From assembly GCA_964465795.1 (NCBI GenBank), contig CAYXLD010000001.1, positions 5,127 through 69,126 of the forward strand: a DNA stretch of 64,000 nt, read 5' to 3'. Below the pieces are notes generated by a model that worked only from the letters and a program-made list of their open reading frames with translations, searched no databases and was not told the DNA's origin. The first letter of the stretch is position 1. Every line of letters begins with the position of its first letter. The position numbers were made by a program, and so were the translations under genes. Origin of the DNA: Candidatus Woesearchaeota archaeon. Lineage in GTDB: Archaea > Nanobdellota > Nanobdellia > Pacearchaeales > GW2011-AR1. This document shows positions 58,301 to 64,000 of the stretch, piece after piece.

Positions 58301-61032
58301 TTTATAGAGGGAATGAAAACCACACTTCTGCAACAAAAACATTCTACGTAAATGTAATCCAAATTCCAGACACAACTTTCCCTCTAGTTTCAATCATTCA
58401 ACCACAAAACATTTCTTATAACACTCTTCCCCTGCAATTAAACTACTCTGTCTCAGATAATAATCTCCAATCGTGCTGGTATTCAATAAACAATGGAATA
58501 ACAAATACCTCAATTACATGTGGAAGTAACATATCTTCTCTCTCAAGCAATCAGAACTCAAACATATGGACAATCTATGCAAATGACAGTGCAGGAAATA
58601 TAAATTCTTCATCAGTTACATTCTTCGTAGACTCAATAATCCCCCTAATCTCATTCACAAATCCAACAAAACAAAACAACAGTATTTTATCTCAAAGCTC
58701 AATATTCATAAACACCTCAATAAATGAAACAAATTTCGCAAACATCACATTCTCTCTGTATAATATAACTTCATTAGTAAATATGACAATATTTGCTTCC
58801 CAGATTCTATCAATAAATTTTACGTCCTTGCAAGATGGAGTATATTTCTACAACGTAACAATCAAAGACACATTAAATAATCAAAATACAACAGAAACAA
58901 GAACAATAACTTTAGATAAAACAGCTCCTTCTATATTTATAATAAGTCCGCAAAATATAACATATTTTAACACAACGATTTTAATTAATATATCAAGCAA
59001 TGGAAATATAGTCTGGTTTTTCAACACAACAGCTAATGAAACTTACATCTCGCCAGTCTATAGAACATTAGACGGTTCAAACACTATTATAGCTTACACA
59101 AATGATTCTCTGGGAAATATTAATTCAACATCAATAACCTTCTATGCAACTGAAATAAATTTAAACTGTGAAATAGGCGGCCCGTATCAGCAAGGAGCAT
59201 TAGTCCTAGTACAAGGCAATTTATCAAATAAAACAACTCCTCTAACTAATCAGGAAATAAATCTAACGATATACAAAAATAATCTTGCAAACACTTCAAA
59301 AATATTATCAACCTCAAACGATGGCAGTTTTGAAACATCCATAACAAATTTATCAATCGGGAATTATATACTAAATGCTACAACTTCATACCTGCAATCT
59401 AACAAATCGTGTATTGATAACTTTCAAATAGGCTCGCAGGCATCATTAATAATCTATAAAATAGCCTCTGTTCACAACACGACTAATGACACAATTTATT
59501 ATAATATAACATTAAAAATAATAAATAGCGGCGGTGCTGATGCAACAAACACAAACATTACTGACTCTGATTCAGAATCTTCCCCATATGTAATTGGAAC
59601 GCTATCTCCATCTTCAAGCTATCAAATCAGCTATCTAAAAAACTTTTCAAGGCAATCTTCAACATTTTATTATCTAACTTCAGCAGCAGCGCTAAGTATA
59701 GATTCATACTCAAACTCTTTAATAACAGCAAATTCTACACAAATAAACCTAACGGTCCCAGCAACACAAATCGGGAAGCAAATAATAATAACAAAAAATA
59801 TTTTATACATTACAGAAACATCCCTGAATGTCACGTACAATGTGTCTTCAACTCTTTATAATTCAGGGGATGAAGACTTATCAAGTATAAATTATATAGA
59901 TACTGACATTTCAAGTGTAGCCAGTCAGTTAAATCTTACAAAAGCTAATTCAAAACAATTCGAAAATACACTACTAATTTCAAAGGCAGCATCAAATATA
60001 AACCATGAATTTGCTTTAGGTACAGCAACAATAGACTCTTTAAACTTTTATTCGAACCGCCCGAAGATTAACATTCCTGGCTATGGCGGTCCAGCAGATA
60101 TTATAGTTTATGCTCCTTCATCGATTCAAGCATCAGCATCATTTGACGCGGCAATAGAAATAAAAAATGTAAATCCAGATATTGGGCAGGACTTCCCGAT
60201 AAATTATTGGATAACTAATAATGATGAAACGCAAAATTTTTCATCAGGCCAAAAAACAATTTATGTTGGGGCCAATAGCTTAGTTAATACAACAATAATG
60301 CAAACCTCTCCATCGGCAATTGGCATATATAAACTAAAAGCACTTGCAATATGGGCGGGAGGTTCAGCATCTGCTTTTGAAAGCTTTGATGTAGTTTCTA
60401 AAATAATAATAGAAGAACCTCAAGAGTCCTCATCTCAATCAAGAAGCAGTTCAACAACAGACTCTTCAGTAAAAATTCCTTCAGAAAAAAATGAAAGCAA
60501 ACCTTCTGAAAAACAGGAAGCAGAAGCTGAAATAAAAGAAATAATCTGCAATCCCCCATATATAAGGCATGGTTCAGAATGTTGCCTAGATCAAAACAAC
60601 AATGGCATTTGCGACGAAGATGAAAAGAAAGACTTCAAAGAAGCTCCAAAATCCGATATATTGGCCTCCATTACAGGATTTATAGTCAATAATATTACAA
60701 ATATCGAAATAGTAAACAAGATAATAATACCAATTATATTAATAATTATTATAATTCTAATAACATTATACATAATAAAAAGAATAAAGAAAAAACCAAA
60801 AGACAAAAAGAGGCTAAAAACACTAATAAACCTAAAGGTTTATACATCAGACGGAATAGAGATTGGCAAAGTAGAAGAAATATTCATAAAAGACCATAAA
60901 ATACACAGCATAAAGATAAAACTCCATAAGAAAAAGAAATTTAAAGCCAAAGGAATTATAATATCCTATAAAGCTGTTGAAGCAGTTAAAGATATAATAA
61001 TTATAAAAAGCAATATAATAGAAAGAATTTAA
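55354..61032 (+). CDS. Giant (1892-aa) cell-surface protein: signal peptide, conserved ~150-aa N-terminal domain, more than a dozen Ig-like repeats rich in N-glycosylation sequons, Cys-containing stalk, single TM anchor (~60715-60777), cytoplasmic PRC-barrel-like tail (~60796-61029)
   Basis: MKKQITIVLLFLFLINLASA signal. N-domain FSDDFESGNLNAW...WHAQSQP...FECTAGATSEYCRVDNV. Repeats begin with D-x-T-x-P-S/L-I (DTTLPTVNI, DATLPSINY, DTTPPSITI, DKTAPSIFI, DSIIPLISF). Very many N-x-S/T sequons. TM IIIPIILIIIIILITLYII, then KRIKKK. Tail LKVYTSDGIEIGKVEEIFIKD...GIIISYKAVEAVKDIIII is PRC-barrel-like. Confidence 0.8.
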   Translation: MKKQITIVLLFLFLINLASAITIFSDDFESGNLNAWNKTNVAGARNWTANQTNPFQGSWHAQSQPESTTEPASVLSINISTSNYQDISIFYYRRLVGIDAGDEFQMEWFNGTTWEILESTGSSSANNAVYLARNFNLSSVANNNQYFQIKFECTAGATSEYCRVDNVIITGSSIQDTTLPTVNIIAPRNNTITTSAINSFNATFSDNIALINTTYYLWNSTNSLINITAITLSGLDGSINLTITFPYEDKFTWNYLAADTSNNFAYNLTNFTILYDATLPSINYTIPTQQSGTIKNSNFIEINITASDLYLQALTIRLFNSTKDQVRTNTSTNSPFYINYLNLQDGLYFYNSSANDTAGNTKNLGTRNITIDTTPPSITILTESPLDPTTYFQNNIYQFNATITDLTQIQSVKLEFNGTNYTAANPAGNTYNVSISNLPAGVFNYRWFANDSAGNTNNSETGPYTINKAQSQLNLTLNNTEGNITIIASTSIILNGTLIRGDSPTILKLYKNSTLINEGLSPLYNLTNFTIQGLYNITIIYTSSQNYTENSKTYYVNVTSQPDITSPYFTATPANTTINYTQGFQVNFEASDNIAIDSFSINWTTNFEINKTGSLKNTTKLSAGAYLINVSINDTSDNKNSTIYQVIVNKIPSQVNTFLNHSRLNITILQNTAIYLNSTLITGEGIIKLYKNNSLINQGQSQLSNLTNFTTIGTFNITTIYEETQNYSSNFEAFYIKVTQTLDNISPYFTAIPADTTTSYPNNFGVDFDASDNNAVDNFRINWTDTFQINQSGFLNNTKNLGTGFYLINITINDTSNNLNSTIYSVNITQNNTYVISISLSPASSVIYPTQTTTAGNSCPQELSCTLFRNNISITNPEIKTLGAETYHYLYNTTGNTNYSSKTISSLLIINQNTSSNISLFLNNTQNNITIINGTSIDINTSLIIGTGQIELYKNNTLINIGNSSLHNLTLFNTINSFNITAIYRGNENHTSATKTFYVNVIQIPDTTFPLVSIIQPQNISYNTLPLQLNYSVSDNNLQSCWYSINNGITNTSITCGSNISSLSSNQNSNIWTIYANDSAGNINSSSVTFFVDSIIPLISFTNPTKQNNSILSQSSIFINTSINETNFANITFSLYNITSLVNMTIFASQILSINFTSLQDGVYFYNVTIKDTLNNQNTTETRTITLDKTAPSIFIISPQNITYFNTTILINISSNGNIVWFFNTTANETYISPVYRTLDGSNTIIAYTNDSLGNINSTSITFYATEINLNCEIGGPYQQGALVLVQGNLSNKTTPLTNQEINLTIYKNNLANTSKILSTSNDGSFETSITNLSIGNYILNATTSYLQSNKSCIDNFQIGSQASLIIYKIASVHNTTNDTIYYNITLKIINSGGADATNTNITDSDSESSPYVIGTLSPSSSYQISYLKNFSRQSSTFYYLTSAAALSIDSYSNSLITANSTQINLTVPATQIGKQIIITKNILYITETSLNVTYNVSSTLYNSGDEDLSSINYIDTDISSVASQLNLTKANSKQFENTLLISKAASNINHEFALGTATIDSLNFYSNRPKINIPGYGGPADIIVYAPSSIQASASFDAAIEIKNVNPDIGQDFPINYWITNNDETQNFSSGQKTIYVGANSLVNTTIMQTSPSAIGIYKLKALAIWAGGSASAFESFDVVSKIIIEEPQESSSQSRSSSTTDSSVKIPSEKNESKPSEKQEAEAEIKEIICNPPYIRHGSECCLDQNNNGICDEDEKKDFKEAPKSDILASITGFIVNNITNIEIVNKIIIPIILIIIIILITLYIIKRIKKKPKDKKRLKTLINLKVYTSDGIEIGKVEEIFIKDHKIHSIKIKLHKKKKFKAKGIIISYKAVEAVKDIIIIKSNIIERI
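58590..58918 (+). repeat. 329-bp block, identical as far as I can read, to 62078-62406 in the downstream paralog
   Basis: tgcaggaaatataaattcttcatcagttacattcttcgtagactcaataatccccctaatctc...caataactttagata is present in both genes in the same codon phase. Flanking sequence is clearly diverged. Confidence 0.75.
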
Positions 61033-61034
61033 AA

Positions 61035-64000
61035 ATGGTAAAAAAAGAGGTAAATTTGTTGATTCTCTCAACTATAATTGTAATTATCTTTATTGTCTCA
61101 GTAAATGCTGCGACAATCTTTACAGATGGCTTTGAATCAGGTAGTTTATCAGGTTGGACATTAACCACAGGTACTAATATGAACAATTGGACAGCGTCTA
61201 CAGTAAACCCAAATAGCGGAAGCTGGCATGCTCAATCACAACCACAAGGATTAAACTTGCCACCAAGCACGATGAATCGCACGATAAGCACTGCAGGATA
61301 TCAAAATATTAATTTCAGTTACTATCATCAATTAGTAGGAATTGATCCTGGAGATGAATTCACAGTTGCCTGGTTTGATGGCATAGGATGGATTACTGTT
61401 GAAACAACTGGCTCCAATGCTTCAGATGAATCTTCTTATTCTTTAAAAAGTTTTCTTCTACCAAGTTCTGCTGACAATAATCTAAATTTTAAAATAAAAT
61501 TTGAATGTACAGCAGGAGCAGTTAGTGAATTCTGCAGAGTTGACGAAATTTCGATTACAGGAGATGTTATAGACACTACTCCCCCAATCGTAACCATTAA
61601 TTTCCCAGCAAACAACGCATTCTACAAGTCAACACTAAATTTCAACGTTTCTTTAAATGAAAATGGCTCTACAATCTACTCTTTAAATGGCGGAATAAGC
61701 AATAAAACGATGCTATATACCACTGACAATCTAAGCCCCTTTGGAACATTATTTAATCATACTAATAATTCAATTGCAGATGGCACTTACACTTTTCAAG
61801 TTTATGCAAACGACACAAATGGAAATAAAAACTATACAACGACAACACAATTTACATACGATACAATTAATCCATTGCTAAAGATAATTCAACCTCAAAA
61901 TACTACTTACAATACAGATTCCTTACAAATAAATTTCACAGTTTCAGACGTTAATCTAAATTCATGCTGGTACACTAATAACAATGGGCAGACAAACACA
62001 ACCTTATCAAACTGTCAAAACGCCTCTTATTCAGCACAGCAAGGCTCAACAACTCTTCTTTTATACGCTAATGATTCTGCAGGAAATATAAATTCTTCAT
62101 CAGTTACATTCTTCGTAGACTCAATAATCCCCCTAATCTCATTCACAAATCCAACAAAACAAAACAACAGTATTTTATCTCAAAGCTCAATATTCATAAA
62201 CACCTCAATAAATGAAACAAATTTCGCAAACATCACATTCTCTCTGTATAATATAACTTCATTAGTAAATATGACAATATTTGCTTCCCAGATTCTATCA
62301 ATAAATTTTACGTCCTTGCAAGATGGAGTATATTTCTACAACGTAACAATCAAAGACACATTAAATAATCAAAATACAACAGAAACAAGAACAATAACTT
62401 TAGATACAACAGCCCCATCCTTAAACCTAACAATACCAAAAAACATCTCTTACAATAGTATTCAAACAGAATTAAATTATACAATATCAGATACTAATCT
62501 CCAATCATGCTGGTATACAACAAATGGTGGAACAACTAATACTTCAATAATATGCGGAAATAACATATCTTCTCTCTCAAGCAGTCAAGGCTCAAATACA
62601 TGGATAATTTATGCAAATGACAGTGCAGGTAATGCTAATTCCCCTTCTGTAACATTTTTCGTGGATTCTATCATTCCATCTTTATCTATCATAACACCGA
62701 CAGAAGGCTCAACATTTGGAACAAACACAAGTCTAGCACTAAACTTCACAGTTTCAGATACTAATCTCCAGTCTTGCTGGTATAACATAGATAATTCAAA
62801 CAACATAACTATCCAAAATTGTTTGAACACAACATTCAATACATCTGCTAGCGAGCATACTCTATTCTTATATGCAAATGACAGCTTAAACAATGAAAGA
62901 AAAGCAAATGTAAGTTTCACTGTATCAATCGGAGCACCTACTATAACGCAATCTTCTCCTATAAACATATATCTAAATTCTTCTCAAACAACATTTTATT
63001 ACACTGCAACAGATGTGGATCTTAATGCATGTGAAATTTGGGGAAATTTCACAGGCCAATATTTATTAAATCAAACAAATTCCACATTAATTTCAGGCCA
63101 GCAAAGTCAATTTAACATAAGCCTTTCAGATAACGGTTATATATGGGCAATAAAATGCAACGATACTTTAGGAAATTCAGCCATAACAGGCAATAAAACC
63201 TTCTCGATAGATACAATATATCCAAAAATAACCTTATCGGAGCCTTCAGGCACAAAAACTTCTAGAAACAATATACCAATTACATTTACAACTTCAGACA
63301 ATAACATACAATCTTGTTGGTATAACTTATATAGGGGGCTAAACTTAGAGATAGCTAATACAACTATAAGCTGTTCACAATCATCATTTTTTAATACAAC
63401 TGTTGATGCCTCTTTCACATTGAATTTTTATGTAAATGATTCTGCTAATAATATAAACACATCATTAATATCATTTAATGTCGATACATCATCCCCTTCA
63501 AACGGGGGCGGTTCAGGAGGGGGAGGATCATCAGGGGGAGGCGGAATATCTGCAAAAGGAAAAAATGAAACTTTTTCTTTAGAGATAAAATTGCTAGAAA
63601 CTATTGCAATAAAAAGAGGGACTAATATATCGCTGAATTTAGAAGTAACAAACAAAGATAAAAAATTCGCTAATAATTGTAGAATAATCCTAAATAGTCC
63701 TCTAAAAAATTATGCCATAAATTCAGAAATTAAAGGATTAAGCCCTGGGGAAAAATTCATCTTTAATATTTTTATCAATATTCCGCTTAACTCTGAAATA
63801 GGCAAATTTAATTCAGAAATATCAGTAAAATGTGAAGAAGGATCAAAATCAATAAATCATGATATTTTTGTTTATAGAAATAGCTTCGAAGCAAGACTAT
63901 TAAATTATGAAAGAGAAACCGATAGGTTAAAAATTACATATGTGCTTGAGGAATTCTCACAAAAAGATCATGATATTCAGCTCAATTATAAGCTTACTGA
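61035..64000 (+). CDS. Second giant surface protein (tandem paralog), 5' part only; runs off the window
   Basis: MVKKEVNLLILSTIIVIIFIVSVNAATIFTDGFESGSLSGWTLTTG...WHAQSQP...FECTAGAVSEFCRVDEI, then DTTPPIVTINFP... repeats, and a Gly-rich linker (SSPSNGGGSGGGGSSGGGGIS at ~63480-63545). No stop seen before 64000. Confidence 0.7.
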   Translation, partial: MVKKEVNLLILSTIIVIIFIVSVNAATIFTDGFESGSLSGWTLTTGTNMNNWTASTVNPNSGSWHAQSQPQGLNLPPSTMNRTISTAGYQNINFSYYHQLVGIDPGDEFTVAWFDGIGWITVETTGSNASDESSYSLKSFLLPSSADNNLNFKIKFECTAGAVSEFCRVDEISITGDVIDTTPPIVTINFPANNAFYKSTLNFNVSLNENGSTIYSLNGGISNKTMLYTTDNLSPFGTLFNHTNNSIADGTYTFQVYANDTNGNKNYTTTTQFTYDTINPLLKIIQPQNTTYNTDSLQINFTVSDVNLNSCWYTNNNGQTNTTLSNCQNASYSAQQGSTTLLLYANDSAGNINSSSVTFFVDSIIPLISFTNPTKQNNSILSQSSIFINTSINETNFANITFSLYNITSLVNMTIFASQILSINFTSLQDGVYFYNVTIKDTLNNQNTTETRTITLDTTAPSLNLTIPKNISYNSIQTELNYTISDTNLQSCWYTTNGGTTNTSIICGNNISSLSSSQGSNTWIIYANDSAGNANSPSVTFFVDSIIPSLSIITPTEGSTFGTNTSLALNFTVSDTNLQSCWYNIDNSNNITIQNCLNTTFNTSASEHTLFLYANDSLNNERKANVSFTVSIGAPTITQSSPINIYLNSSQTTFYYTATDVDLNACEIWGNFTGQYLLNQTNSTLISGQQSQFNISLSDNGYIWAIKCNDTLGNSAITGNKTFSIDTIYPKITLSEPSGTKTSRNNIPITFTTSDNNIQSCWYNLYRGLNLEIANTTISCSQSSFFNTTVDASFTLNFYVNDSANNINTSLISFNVDTSSPSNGGGSGGGGSSGGGGISAKGKNETFSLEIKLLETIAIKRGTNISLNLEVTNKDKKFANNCRIILNSPLKNYAINSEIKGLSPGEKFIFNIFINIPLNSEIGKFNSEISVKCEEGSKSINHDIFVYRNSFEARLLNYERETDRLKITYVLEEFSQKDHDIQLNYKLT
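62078..62406 (+). repeat. Second copy of the 329-bp block shared between the tandem surface-protein paralogs
   Basis: See 58590-58918. Confidence 0.75.

Noticed and set aside
60591-61186. Minus-strand ORFs 60591..60806, 60847..61071 and 61001..61186
   Set aside because: These are antisense to the TM/PRC tail and the start of the second giant gene. They are extremely Ile/Phe/Tyr-rich, as expected from the complement of A-rich coding sequence.
55354-64000. Diversity-generating retroelement targeting the giant surface proteins
   Set aside because: No reverse-transcriptase-like ORF (no YxDD motif) and no C-type-lectin C-terminus were seen. The variable/identical segments are better explained by paralog gene conversion.
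1-64000. CRISPR array, rRNA genes, prophage
   Set aside because: No short regularly spaced direct repeats, no rRNA-like conserved stretches, and no capsid/terminase/integrase-like ORFs were seen on manual inspection. Only the two IS6 copies are mobile DNA.

Overview
This 64-kb window has low GC content (not counted, but visibly A/T-dominated) and looks like a reduced archaeal genome, most plausibly a DPANN-type lineage (inference). The housekeeping backbone is archaeal: aRF1 with a GGQ motif, aIF2-beta, MCM, archaeal-type ProRS, AspRS, GatD/GatE, GatA/GatB, FtsZ, Sec61beta, NAC-alpha, deoxyhypusine synthase, a DEAD-box helicase, and an intron-containing tRNA-Asn(GTT). Several accessory patches are interspersed. 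(1) A ~3.5-kb island at 480-3900 carries a convergent methyltransferase and candidate nuclease pair, a decayed IS6-family transposase, and a small AbrB-like gene; the AbrB-like gene and the transposase each sit behind the same GGGCACC-N16(TATA)-GGGCACC operator. (2) Three VapBC-like toxin-antitoxin pairs and a HEPN-like three-gene module. (3) A second IS6 element with 22-bp imperfect inverted repeats and a perfect 8-bp target-site duplication, inserted between a secreted beta-propeller gene and a degraded dockerin-domain gene. (4) The most striking locus is a surface-protein cluster at 53.9-64 kb. It holds a small winged-helix regulator overlapping the start of a 1892-aa surface protein. That protein has a signal peptide, a conserved ~150-aa Cys-containing N-terminal domain, many Ig-like repeats with N-x-S/T sequons, a transmembrane anchor and a cytoplasmic PRC-barrel-like tail. 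A tandem paralog follows 2 nt downstream and runs off the window, and a rearranged fragment of a third paralog lies upstream. The two intact paralogs share a 329-bp block that I read as identical, which suggests recent gene conversion. No CRISPR array, rRNA, or reverse transcriptase/DGR signature was seen. All functional calls rest on motifs read by eye from the translations; no database searches were possible.
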